A DNA stretch of 64,000 nt from Chiloscyllium plagiosum. Taxonomy: Eukaryota. The notes under the pieces are model-generated. The model did not search any database. It was not told the DNA's origin and saw only the letters and a program-made list of their open reading frames with translations. The position numbers were made by a program, and so were the translations under genes. The number at the start of each line of letters is the position of its first letter. Positions within the stretch are counted from its first letter, which is position 1. Of the stretch, positions 38,911 through 51,427 are shown in pieces. Where the stretch lies: contig NC_057738.1 of assembly GCF_004010195.1 (NCBI RefSeq), positions 31,130,793 to 31,194,792 of the forward strand, in the 5' to 3' direction.

Positions 38911-39081
38911 ATCCGAGGAGCAGGAAAATCGATGTTTCGGGCATGAGCCCTGATTCCTGATGAAGGGCTTCTGCCCGAAACATCATTTCTCCTGCTCTTC
39001 CGGTGCTGCCTGACCTGATGCGCTTTTCCAACACCATACTCTCATCTCTGATCTCAGGCATCTGCAGTCCTCACTTTCTCC
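38890..39081. mobile_element. Mini fold-back Penelope-type insert with hammerhead
   Basis: Inverted arms; attc-CTGATGA-aGGGC-ttct-GCCC-GAAA-catc at ~38953-38985. Confidence 0.72.
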
Positions 39082-39381
39082 GTGCAACAGCGTAATGCAG
39101 GAGGACTGAAAATCCAATCATTCCATCACACTGCCAGCTGCTAAACCGTTCATTCCAAAAATCTAACTCTTTATCTATCTTTAACTCTAAATCTATCTTT
39201 AAATAAAGTTTTGTTCATATTGGCCCAGCTAAGGATGACAAATATAATTATGTATATTTTACACCAATCATGGGAACTTAATTATACTCAGAAGAGCAAC
39301 ATGCTTCTGGGCTTACAATTCCGAGTTTTTGCTGATCAAGCAGTGGATAAGCCACTGTTCAGATTTTCTGCCCTATTTTAC

Positions 39382-39524
39382 CTGGCTTATTCGGAATTGT
39401 CCCTCTTGTGTGTTTTTTTCTTCAAATTTTCGTTCCCAGTTCCCTTTAAAGTAAATGGCATTCACAAGGACAAGCTTCGTCAAACTGTCCACAGTGCCTT
39501 CGCTTAACAAATTCCTGATCTTGC
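39382..39524 (-). CDS. SERPINB6: SERPINB6-like coding exon 4 (143 nt)
   Basis: Translated by hand: (G)[47 protein letters not shown]|gtaaaa; NAIYFKG.W serpin motif. Confidence 0.95.
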
Positions 39525-39969
39525 CTGGAGGATAACGGAAAAACAAATGCACTTACAGGTGAAAGATCAAATGAAAAAAACAAAAAGAAATTCAAGTCCA
39601 CAAGAAGTGGCAATCTTATATCATCTGACCAACAAAGTGTAGAGCTTAGTGACTGGACTTCTTGAAGCTAGACACTTGACATTTCCAGCTGATGCCATCC
39701 AATGGTGGCTGGGACTATAGGTCAAAGGGACCTTTTTGGGAAGCATTAACCAAATTATCTATCACCACTACGACTGTTCATATAACACAGTAACAAGGGG
39801 TTTCAGAGAAACAAAACAAAATGTGATTCTACGCCACATAAGATGATATTAGGTCATTGATAATGAGATCGATTTGAAGGAATGCTTTTCAAAAAAAAAG
39901 AGGAATGAGGTGTGGAGGGGCTTTTCCAGAGTTGCGATCCCAAGCAACTGAGGCACAACCACCATTGGA

Positions 39970-40280
39970 GTGATTCAGATCAGTAACAGATTTCTGGCTT
40001 TTATTGGTAGAGGAATTGAGTTCCGGAGTCCTGAGGTCATGATGCAGTTGTATAAGACTCTGGTCCGGCCGCATCTGGAATATTGTGGGGGTAGGTTCTT
40101 CACTCAGCGTGTCGTAAGTTCATGGAATGCCCTGCCAGTAGCAGTGGTGTACTCTCCCTCTTTATGGGCATTTAAGCGGGCATTGGATAGGTATATGGAG
40201 GATAGTGGGTTAGTATAGGTTAGGTGGGCTTGGATCGGCGCAACATCGAGGGCCAAAGGGCCTGTACTGCGCTGTATTCT
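39970..40280 (+). mobile_element. Internally deleted CR1 3' fragment
   Basis: LYKTLVRPHLEYC joined directly to FFTQRVVSSWNALP; ttctat-type tail. Confidence 0.8.
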
Positions 40281-41151
40281 TCTATATTCTATGTTCTAAC
40301 ATTCAAGAGACCAGAATCAGAGAAGCACAGATCTTTCAGGGGAGTGAGAGAGGCAGGAGGGTTATAGGGGTATATCAAGATAAGATCATGGAAGGTTTTG
40401 AAGAGAGAGAAAAAAAGAGAGGATAAGAATTCTTTTAAAAACCAAGATCGGCTTCCAGTCAAGCAATGTAAATGAGCAAGAACCTGGACAATAGGAGAAC
40501 TGGGTGCAAGTTATGGACGTCCTCAGGTTTACAAACATATGATATGTGTTGGCAGAGTCAGGTCTGGAAGCAACAAAAGCTTAAACAAGAGTTTTAACAA
40601 GTGAACTGAGACATAGGTGAAGTTATGGAGTTGGAAATCAGCCGGTCTTAGCAACAATTCCAAATATGGTCAGAAGCTCATCCCAGGTCAAAATGTGGCG
40701 GCAAGTTTAAAAACAGCCTGGTTTAAATTGCAGACAGTTGAATGAATTTAACAAAGAAAACCAGGAGTGATAGCTGAGTCATTGAATTTATTCAAAGCAA
40801 AGTTAGAGAGATTTATGATTGATGATGATTTGGTTGGTGGGGAGGGCATGAGGGAGTAGAAAAGGTAGATAGGAACATGCAATAAAGGCTACAATCAGAT
40901 CATAAATTATCCTAATGAATGACAGAGCAGACTCAAGGGCTATATGGTAGCAAGGGAAGGGAGTTTGGAGCAGGGACCAAAACACTATGGTTTAGTCTTC
41001 CCTCTATTTAAAAATGAAGGAGATTCCTGTTTATCCAGTGCTGATTATAAGAAAACAGTCCGATACGTTAACATGGGGAAGCAAAGTGGCAAGCTAGAAC
41101 TGGAAAGACTTTGCATTTCTTCAAATAGATCAATTACCCAGCAGCACTTGC

Positions 41152-41269
41152 CTTCAGTTTGTGTTTCAGTCCAGGAGTTGATCTGTTTTCTGACTTCTTC
41201 AGCTGCCTTAGCAAAATCCACTGCAGCTAATTCTGCCTCGTAATATTTCAGAGTAGATGCAAGGAAATT
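41152..41269 (-). CDS. SERPINB6: SERPINB6-like coding exon 3 (118 nt), GC donor
   Basis: tttag|[39 protein letters not shown]+G|gcaagt. Confidence 0.92.
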
Positions 41270-41827
41270 CTAAAGGATTAACAGGCAACACAAAGATAAC
41301 CTAGTTTCCTAATATTCCACAATAAAAATGTTAATTTTACAAGTGGAACAGAGTAACAGAGTTTTAGGGGAGGGTGGACCAAGGGAAGGAGATGGACAAA
41401 TACATTTCCACCATCGGCAAACTAAAGTGACAGCAGCATTTTAAAACTGCTGAAAAAGAGGTACATGAACCATCAGTAATATCGTTAATCAAGATAACAC
41501 AAAAGAATACCAAACATCCAAGGGAGACACAATGCAGAGAAAAGTCAACCAAAGCAGAGCAGGCTATTTGACCATGCTAAGGAAAAGCCAACATTACACG
41601 TCCATTCACAGCCAATTTTCAACAAGACAATAAATCAGAATCAAGAACTTGACTTGACTTTCCTTTGCAAAGACCAAGGACTAAAAAGCAAATGCATGAC
41701 TCCCAATGGCACTGTCGTGATCAGCTCATTGAAAATAAAAACTCCTTCCCTTAGTATTTTGTTGGGCTGTGCAATTCTATCTGATCAGACTTGATGCACC
41801 AGCAGAGATTTACCACAACCAGTTTAC

Positions 41828-41965
41828 CGAGAGAAAGTTGTAGCTCTTCTCCCCATAGAGGCGATTGGCTAGCTTCAACACGTAGTTTTCATTAGGCTTG
41901 TTGATTGCAGCTTGAAGTTTCTGAAATTCAGAATGAAGGTCGTGTACTTTATCAAAACCAAGCAC
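41828..41965 (-). CDS. SERPINB6: SERPINB6-like coding exon 2 (138 nt)
   Basis: ttcag|VLGFDKVHDLHSEFQKLQAAINKPNENYVLKLANRLYGEKSYNFLS|gtaaac. Confidence 0.95.
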
Positions 41966-42379
41966 CTGAAAGAGAGCAAGAGAGAGAGATGCAACAAAAA
42001 CCGTTTAGAGACATTTTAAGTAGAGAATTCCAGTTCTAAACTGGGGAAACCAGACCAGCTATTTTTGAGAAACTGTTCTAAAAGAACACCAAATTGGCAC
42101 CAACTGGTTTCTTGTTTAACAAACAACTTCTGCATCATTTCATTTTGATATGTAGATATGTTCATTATTCTGCCAATTGGTTTACACAAATGGCCTGCAT
42201 ATCACAAGGTTTATGTTATATTAAGTATAGTTAAATCTGAATTTGAGAGTTTTGCTAATGTAACAGGAAGTATTGCAATATCACATGATCTTGCTCACCA
42301 AAAGCTGACTGAAAGTGTGTTTTTGGCCATAGGAAAAGGTAATAGAGGGGCAAGGATGGACGGTGGACTGCTGGAACAT

Positions 42380-42812
42380 GAGGCTTAAGAAGCAGCAATG
42401 GGAAACAAAAAAATGGCAGAGGAACTGGATACTTTGCATCAGTCTTCATGGAGGAAGACATCAGTAGCATACTAAAAATTCAAGAGAGTCAGGGGCTAGA
42501 GGTGAGTGTACTGTCCTTCGCTAAGAGAATTTGTTGGGGAAACTAAAAGGTCTGAAGGTGGTTAAATCACCTGGACCAGATGGAGGCATTTCAGGGACCA
42601 TCCTAGTCAATGGGGGTTCCAGAGGACTGGGAAATGGCTAATGTAATACCCCTGTTTAAGAAAAAAGGGAGGCAGAGGACGGGAACTTATAGCTAGCTAG
42701 CCTGAACTCTTATCGTTGGTCAGATTTAGAGTCCTTTATTGAGTGAGTATGAGATTGCAGAGTATTTGGAAGTGCATAGTAAAATAGGGCTGAGTCAGCA
42801 TGGCTTTATCAA
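42380..42812 (+). mobile_element. CR1-type LINE fragment (RT N-terminal region)
   Basis: KSPGPDG and DWEMANVIPLFKK motifs readable on the plus strand. Confidence 0.75.
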
Positions 42813-44149
42813 GAGAGAAAGTGAGGACTGCAGATGCTAGAGATCAGAGTCATGTACACTGCGGGCACACAATGCAGGTGTAAGATGACATAGTACACAG
42901 TAACATGTGCCACCCCTAGACTGATCACTGTTGACGACCGTGACAATCAGAACTGCTTTGTGTCAAGCACCAAAGGGCAAGGCAGAGCCAAAGTTCAGGG
43001 AATCCCCAATTTACAAACCATCCCGACTTACAAATACTCATACTTACAAATGGTATCCCACACATGAGTATCACTTTAAAGACCAAGCATACAAGTATTT
43101 CCTGTGATTACAAACAACTGCCTTAGATTGATAAGCATCATGTTCCAACATGCATACAATTCAACTTGTGAATGGACTCAGGAATGGAACCCAGGCTGCA
43201 CTGTGAGCTCTGAACTCTGTCTGAGGGTGAAAACAATAAAGTGCATAACAACGCAAGGCAGAAATGCTGTCTGCACTCAGATAGGTGCCAAATGAGTGGA
43301 CAGGAAGCACAGCCAGGTCCAGTCCATGAGCTCGATGGATGTCGGCCCCTAATGGGTATAATTTCCTGGCAGCATATTCCAATGAAACGTGCCTTTGCTC
43401 TCAGAAGTGCAGCACTAAAGTGTGCAACCATACTTTCAACGTACTGGAGATGAGCCATGATAATGCAGACAGGGTGGTGAAGCCAAAGTCCATGGACAGG
43501 GGGAGCATGCAGGAATCGGTTGAAGAATGTGACACTTTGGTCTTGACATTGAGAAGGGTCTCACTCAATACCTCACTCGATTTCTCACCACGGTCTATGT
43601 CATTTAGGACCTGGGAAGATTTCACCCAAAAACAAATTTATGACATGTACTCAGGGCCTACAGACTCAAACTTGGTGGGAGTTTGGCAGCACAAGAACAG
43701 AAATAGACCATTCAGCCCCTCGGGCCTATTCAATGAGATCATGGCTGATCTGTGACCTAACTGGCCAGATGGAGAGACTTACTGAGGGAGGGAAACAAGT
43801 CACTAATGAAACCGTGGTTGACAGAAAAAACACCTTGGGAGAAGAAATTGAATGCATGGAGGGCTCAACGCAAAGCGATTTGTAGAGGGGAAAATCAAAC
43901 TAAATTCGCAGAGCTAGCAGAGTAAGGAAGCAACATCAGCTTTAGAGCAAGAAACTCGGACATTGAATTCTGGATGACTTGTAGCTTAGGAGGGCAGTAG
44001 CAGAAGGTCATTAAACAGAACATTACAAAAGTGACGATCAGGTGGCAGGGAGAGGGAGATAAAGCAGGGGCAGTTTTGGAAAGAAAAATATAGCCTTGTT
44101 GACAGATCAAATGTAAAGAAGATCCCAAGAGTCTGGCCTACTGCATTTG

Positions 44150-45160
44150 GAGAAAGTGAGGACTGCAGAGGCTGGAGATCAGAGTCAAAAGGTGTGGTGC
44201 TGGAAAAGCACAGCAGGTCAGGCAGCATCCGAGGAGGAGAATCGACATTTTGCGCATAAGCTCTTCATCAGGAATGTGATGGTAGCTGGGAAGGAGATAG
44301 GTAGATGCAGTGCGGCGATGATTGTGATAGGTCAGTGGGGAAGGTGGACCGGATAAGTGGGAATGAAGATGGACAGGTAAAGAGGGCGGTGCCAAGTTGG
44401 AGGGTTGGATCTGGGATGAGTTGGGGTTAGGGGAGATGAAGAAACTGATGAAGTCAACGTTGATGCCATGTGGTTGAAAGGTCCAAAGGCGCAAGATGAA
44501 ACATTCTTCCTCCAGTTGTTGGGTGGCTTGGATTTGGCGGTGGAGGAGGCCCAGGACTTGCATGTCCTTGGAGGAGTGGGAGGGAGAATTGAAGTGTTTG
44601 GCCACAGGGCGGTGGGATTGTTTGGCGAGTGACCCCCAGAGATGTTCCCCGAAATGTTTTGCGAGTTGGCGTCCTGTCTCCCCAATCTAGAGGAGACCAC
44701 ATTGAGAGCAACGGACACAGGAGATGAGGTATTTGGATGTGCAGGAATATCTCTGCCAGATGTGGAAGCATCCTTGGGGGTCTTGGAAGGAGGTGAGCAT
44801 GGGCAGGTGTGGGTGCAGGTTTTACACTTCTTGCGACAGCAAGGGAAGGTTCCAAGTGTGGAGGGTGGGTTGTTGGGGGACCTAGACCTAACAAGGGCCT
44901 GGTCTCTGCTGAATGCTGATAGGGGTGGGGAGGGGTCTGACTGTAGGTGGCCGAAATAGTGGAGAATAATGCACTGTGTCTGGAGATTAGTGGGCCAGAA
45001 GGTCGAGGACCAGGGAGGTTCTATTCTTGTTGTGGTTGGAGTGGTGGGTTCAAGGACAGAGGAGCGGGAAGTGGAGGAGATATGCTGGAGGGCGTTGTTG
45101 ATCATTGTATTGGGAAATTACGGTCCTTGAGATAGGAGGCCATCTGGGATGTCCTGGAGT
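44150..45160 (-). mobile_element. Penelope-like 3' fragment (GIY-YIG + hammerhead end)
   Basis: GTFPCCRKKCKTC, AKHFNSPSH, PHGIN motifs; hammerhead remnant ~44243-44275. Confidence 0.85.
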
Positions 45161-47594
45161 TAAACAGAGAGAGTGTTACAAATGGAAATAGAGAATCTGA
45201 TCACAAGTTTAACAGCAATAAATGGGCCAGGTGTCCTACTCCTGCTACTTACACGAATACACAGGACACCAGAAAAGGACCATAGGCATTGTTGTGCTAC
45301 TGCTCAGCAGGGGCTCAAGATCAGTCTGTCCTGACTGGAGTATCGGCAACACGAGGGAATAGGTTACATTTCGTAGCATCACAAATTACAAAACTTAGGA
45401 ACCAGCAAATTAACAGCCTATGTTGCAACAGCAGACCAAGCAGCTCGCTGGACAGCAACATACATTTCAGATCATTAGTCATTTGTTTACTTCCAGAAGA
45501 AAAAAAAATGCAACACAAGAAAATAACACAAATACCAAATTTGGAGTTTATTAATGGAATGCATTATTTAACCAACGGATAGGGAGACAGCATTTGCCTA
45601 TGTTTTTGCACAACATAATGCAATGGACTTATTATGCTGAATACACGTTTGTATTTAGCTTTGAGAATGCTGTCAACTGCAATCCAGAGTTGGCACTCTC
45701 ACAAAGCATTTGCTTCATTTTATGTGCCAAACCCACATTAGATCATGTGTTAAAAGCTACTGTTATTCCAAATCACAGCATTTGCTGATTGCACAGAAGT
45801 TCATCTTCCAATAATTCAACCCAGTTAGGCAGTTTCACAGGTTATTAAAGGTTAAGGAAATACTCTAGATATTTTTTAAAAATTACAACTTAAATCATAA
45901 AAAGCAAATCCTCAAACTTTTTTTTAAAAAATGCACTATTTTTGTTGTCATGGCTTAAGACCTCATATCACACCATGGAAAATTAAAGTTGTTTTTGTTA
46001 CAATATAACTCAAACTGTGTGATCAAAAAGAAACATTTTTAGCAAAAGCCATCCACACAAAGCTGGCTTTTTAAAAAAAATAGCTTTTTCTATTGAATAA
46101 TCAGCTTCGTCAATGCAATCCATTGCACAAATAGGTCACATGGTAAAGTTTTGCTCAATTCCTATCTTACTTTATTACAAAACTCTGTAGATTAGTTTAT
46201 CTGAACACTGATATTACCCATATTTGGAAAATTACCACTGTTTCCTGAAGGCCTTAGCCTGGCAAAAGATCCTAAAACACATTACATTTTTAAAAGCAAC
46301 CTTTTCCCCCTCTCCATACTTGTGGGGTTTTAAAAAATATTTTTTCAGCCAATGTCAGTACAGTGCAGTTACAACGATCTTTTGGCAATCAGGTTCAGAG
46401 GAGAAGGTTTCGTCAACTTCAGAATTAATTTATATCAGAATTAAACTATTAGACTGAGTGAACATTCTTTGTTTCTTATTTCCCCCTCTCCCAAAAGCTT
46501 AGCCTTAGCTAGTTTTCTGACGTATTTGTAAACACACCATTTTTATATTGGAACGCATCAATCTGAACAACTGATCATCATCTCTGTTGAACAAAACTGT
46601 AAAGGTTCACCATTAAATGGGGCTAATGGTTTTCTGAAATACAACACCTTACAACCAGACCATTGACTTTCTCCTTCACTGACAAAAAAAAACAATAAAA
46701 CCAGGAGGGAGATGGAAATAAAAACTTAAGACAAGTGCATTGTAGCCAGAAACGCACTGTCTGAAAGGGGAATGGAATCAAATTCAACAGCAGAGTGTTG
46801 TATAGATAGATTATTTTAAAGTAAAAGGGCTCTCGAGGATGTGCTAGGGAGTGGCACTAAAAGGTAGCTCTTTTAAAGAGCTGGCACTAGCCAGCCTCTC
46901 CTCGTGCTGTATAATCCTATAACTGCTTCCAAAGTCGCAAATGTAGGGAGCAATGTGATAAAGATAGATCATTTGCCACATTAAGCATCTCGTACCTATT
47001 TGCTTTTCATAGTTAAATGCCCTGTCTGTTCAGTTTAGAAGTCCAAAAGGCAAATAAAGAGGGCACAAACAAGATTGGCAATTGCATGGTCAAAATGTAT
47101 GGTTGTACATATCAGGAAAGGAGGAACAGGCTGGCTTGATTTTCTATTTGGGGTGGGAGAGTGCCGAGGGATGATTTGTCAAGAGTTATTTACAATTATA
47201 AAAATTTTTGATTGAATGGACACACAGATAACATGTGGCATTTGAGAGGAAGAGCAGGACTAGACACCTGTTAAAGACACAATCACCCATCAATCCAAAA
47301 GGGAACTCAGAAAATGAAATCCATCCCCCAAAGAGTGATGAGAAATGGAACTCACTATCAAAGGAAGCGGCCAAAGTGATGAATATAAAAGCATTTATGA
47401 GAAAGCTACACTGTCATTTGAAGGAAATGAAATAGAAGGGTTACAAGGATAAATTAAAATGAGGAAAGATCAAAGGTTACTCAAATGCAGTATGAACATT
47501 GACATAGTCTGGTTGGATCAACTGGTATGTTTCTGCTCTATCCTCTATAAATAAAAGCGTACCTTTAATATTGCAATTATCATGATACACCCAC

Positions 47595-47771
47595 CTTGGC
47601 CATCTGAGTGGCAGTGTTTCCTTTCCCACCTAGATACACCATAGCCAGAGCAGCTGATATACTCAGTGGAGATACAAAGATATTGCCATTTTTGTCATTT
47701 CTATCCAACTGTTTGAAGAGATCAAGAGCGAACTTGACATTTGAAGTACTCAGAAGATCCATTCCTGACAT
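47595..47771 (-). CDS. SERPINB6: SERPINB6-like first coding exon
   Basis: ctag|AT ATG TCA GGA ATG...: (MSG)MDLLSTSNVKFALDLFKQL...[30 protein letters not shown]|gtgggt. The exon 47595-47773 is 179 nt, the same length as the paralog exon 5016-5194. Spliced CDS from the second ATG is 1137 nt, open throughout. Confidence 0.95.
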
Positions 47772-47889
47772 ATCTAGAGTAGGAGAAAAGAAAAACATTG
47801 AATTGTGGTTTGTTCTGCTTCTCCTACCAGGCAGTGTCAGAAAAGACACTGTGTCAAAATTTGCTCGAATGCTAAGGAGTGGGGAAAGC

Positions 47890-48810
47890 TTTTTATTGCA
47901 AAAGTATGTTTTATTCATTAAAAATCATCTTTAAATACATACAAAGGTTCTAAACCATATCTGTACAATCTTTGCAGAGAAAAAACAAGGAAAGCATCGA
48001 AATTTTGACCTTTCTCAGAGTTTCTGTACAGTTGCAAAATACAAAGCAGACACTTAGGCAGGTAATTATTTATTAATTATTTATGCTCATTTTGAGGCAC
48101 CGATTGGGTCTGACAACTGAACAGACCGGTTATGGTTTGACAGAAAGGCCTCAGGCAGTGGCATTTCTCCACAGCGCCTTGGCAGTAACTGCCCCAAGCT
48201 ATAGTGCATTCCTCAGCACGTCGTCCTGGACCTTGGAACGTGCCGATCGAGGTCAGCTCTTTACACTGCAAGACCAGCAAGTTTGGGCAGACCAAAGAGT
48301 GTCTTTCATTGGGTTGATGGTGCTCCAGGCGCAGACGATGTTTGTCCAGGCGCAGACTGCACCCATGGAACAGCTCATACACCATTCAGCCCTGTGTCAC
48401 AGAGCTGCTCGGGATGAACCTCAACAAAAACTCTCCAGACCTTCTTTGCAAGGCCACATTCCAGAAGGAGACGTGTGACCATCTTGTTACCAGCTCAACC
48501 ACTTCGAGAGCAGCAAGCTGTGGCGCACAGAGACTGGGCACGCATGAAGGATCGGGCAGGTACTACCCTTCTCACCAACAGCCAAGCGATGTCTTAGCAC
48601 TTGATGGTATGTTCTGGTGATAAGCCATTCTGCCAAATGTCTGACAGTCTGCCCAGGGAATCATGTGACAGGATCCACTCTCTCCTTCTCTCAAAGGGTA
48701 TTCAAAGACACCGCATGCTGTCTACTTCCTGAAGGACATGTGGTTAAAGGTGTTTCTCTTTGCAAATGTTTCCATGAGGGACAAGTGACATGGAACGGTC
48801 CAAACACTTT
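47890..48810 (-). mobile_element. Tx1-type non-LTR retrotransposon 3' end
   Basis: Minus-strand C-terminal Cys-rich remnant (...LLLECGLAKKVWR), AT-rich 3' UTR ending in aataaa...caataaaa. Confidence 0.65.
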
Positions 48811-48811
48811 T

Positions 48812-49080
48812 AGATTAGATTAGATTCCCTACAGTGTGGAAACAGGCCCTTCGGTTCAACAAGTTCACACCGCCCCTCCGAAGAGTAACCCACCCAGACT
48901 CATTTCCCTCTGACTAATGCATCTAACACTACGGGCAATTTAGCATGGCCAAATCACCTGACCTGCACACAGACATGGGGAGAATGTGCAAACTCCACAC
49001 AGACAGTCACCCGAGGCTGGAATCGAACCTGTGAGGCAGCAGTGCTAACCACTGAACCACCGAACCACTGTGCTGCCCTT
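48812..49080 (-). mobile_element. HE1/V-SINE-type SINE, internally deleted
   Basis: SINE head, central domain and (ctaat)n tail. Confidence 0.75.
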
Positions 49081-50442
49081 GGAGTGACCTGCAGAAACAA
49101 GGTTAGACCCATCCTCTGCAACCCCAGGGACAGGTAGAACCTCAACACATATTGACACTTGGTATTTGCACATAGCCCTTACTGAGTAGAAATGTTGATT
49201 AAGATCTGAGCAAAGAGTTTATTTTTATTGGGGGTATGAGAAACGCAGTAAGGTTGTGAATGCTGGTCAACATTGCAGGAGCAGTGTTCCAGTTTTGCAT
49301 ATAATGGAGTGACAACAGATTGCAGAACCAAAGAGAGAAACCAGGAATTTCACCAAATGTAATATCTTAGTAATTTCAAATTCATGATATATGCAATTAT
49401 TAGATTAGAAAGTCATGCCCCTGTTCTCAGAACACAATTTCCTTGACAGTGTGTATTGCTTCACCCAGAATGAGTAAAAACAAAATCACTAAAACCTGAA
49501 AGAGTTGGTTCTGCATACACCAGCAGCCCCTCAATGAAAACGAGTAATTGCAAATTCCCTGGACTCAAGCTAATCTTCACTCAGTTTGTAGGAAGACAGT
49601 TCAAAATTCCAGTTGGCTCAGGTTCTAGTTTCCATTACAGTTCTGTCCAACCTCCTAGACTGCACCCTAAGCAAATTTGAGCTCACTCAAAACTCTTCTA
49701 TTCATATCCTCACTCAGACAGAGTCCCCATCACCCAGAAACAAGAACAGAAATTGCTGGAAAAGCTCAGCAGGTCTGGTAGCATCAGTGGAGACAAATCA
49801 GCATTAACGTTTCAGGTTGAATGACCTTTCCTCAGAACCAGTTTCACTGCCCCAACACCTAGAGCTCACTGATTTATAATGAATCAGAAAGGGTTGATTG
49901 AGGAGTTGGCAGGCTGGCCCTGTACACACTGGAGGTTAGAAGAATGAGAAGTGATCTTATAGAAGCACAAGCTGGGGGTTGTAGGGGGAAGAGGCAATGA
50001 GGCATGGAGAGGATGTTTCTCCACGTGGGGATATCTAAACGTTGGCAGCACAGTTTCAGAATAAAGACTCCACCATTCAACATAGAGGTGAGTGGACATT
50101 TCTGCTGTAGAAAGCTTGTCAATCTTTGAAATCCTATAACCCAAGGATAGGATGTCTATGTTATTAAATATATTCAGGGGTGAGACAGACGTATTTTTAA
50201 TCAGTGAGGGAATCACGAATTCTAGACAGCAAGCAGCAAATGGAGTGGAGGCGACAACCAGATCAACTTTGGTCCAAGTGAACGGTGGACTCGAGGGGCC
50301 GAATGGCCGATCTCAACTATAATTTATGTCCTGTTCCAACTGCACCTCCATGTTAAAATCCTCCTCTTTGCCTTCTAACCATTACTTTCTCAAGTGTAAT
50401 TAAGGATTGGCAATAAATGCCGGCCAAGCCAGTGACACCCAT

Positions 50443-50649
50443 ATTAGATTAGATTACTTACAGTGTGGAAACAGGCCCTTCGGCCCAACAAGTCCACACT
50501 GACCCGCCGAAGCGTAACCCACCCATACCCCTACATTTACCCCTTTACCGAACACTACGGGCAATTTAGCATGGCCAATTCACCTGACTTGACCCGGGTC
50601 TCTGGCGCTGCGAGGCAGCAGTGCTAACCACTGTGCCACCGTGCCGCCC
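50443..50649 (-). mobile_element. HE1/V-SINE-type SINE lacking the central domain
   Basis: tRNA-like head joined directly to the 3' tail region. Confidence 0.78.
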
Positions 50650-51356
50650 ACCGTCCTGCGAAAAAACTTTCAAAATTCCTTCAGTTGCGTCACTCCTCAT
50701 TATTTGTATTGATTATCCGCCCAGTTATACAAACTTTGGATTTCTGCACACCTCCAGTTTTAATTGTCCTATTGTTGATGGCACACCTTATCCTTCAAAT
50801 CCTACTTCTGACTGCCTGTTTTAATACTGTATGTGGACTGGTGCCAAAATGTATTTGAATACACTTCCACAAAGATGCTTGGGACTCCACTGAAAGATAA
50901 ATACAAAATTATTATCCCACTCCATCCAACAGTCTGGTGACCATAAATCAAAGGATCAGCAAGGGTAAAGGGTTAATGCATTTACCTGTCACTAAGCAAC
51001 ATTAGTCAGTAAAATCAGTTAATTGCACTTGCAGACTAAGAATGCATGACCCACTTATTTCAAATACTAACAACATATATACTTTTGAAGATATAAACTG
51101 AAGACCTGATTTATATGAGGAGACACTGGATATCAAAATACCCACTGCACCAGAGAAATCTTCAAAACACAACAGCAACAGAATTAGCACAGGGTTTAAA
51201 GAACGGCTTCTGAAAGCCCTGTTTTTGTCTGCCCTCACCACAGTACATTCCAGTGAATCTTAACTGAGTATAAAGGTCAGTATTACAACAATATACCAAC
51301 CAATACTATATGGTTACAGGAAAAAGTCAACAAGGGTGTTCCAAACTCAAGATTTG

Positions 51357-51427
51357 CAATGAATTTAATACTGTGTAATATAACTATTATTACAATGAAT
51401 TTAATACTGTGTAATATAACTATTATT
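51357..51427. repeat. Tandem duplication, 36-bp period
   Basis: caatgaatttaatactgtgtaatataactattatt x2. Confidence 0.9.

Noticed and set aside
43250-43755. 138-aa ORF and GC-balanced stretch within a serpin intron
   Set aside because: No recognisable motif or splice signals; probably unclassified repeat debris.
44332-45105. Longest ORF in the track (257 aa)
   Set aside because: Frameshifted mosaic of a Penelope GIY-YIG region, not an intact gene.
47774-47918. N-terminal extension of the serpin ORF (MNKTYF...)
   Set aside because: Lies upstream of the splice acceptor at 47774-47775; intronic read-through, not a signal peptide.
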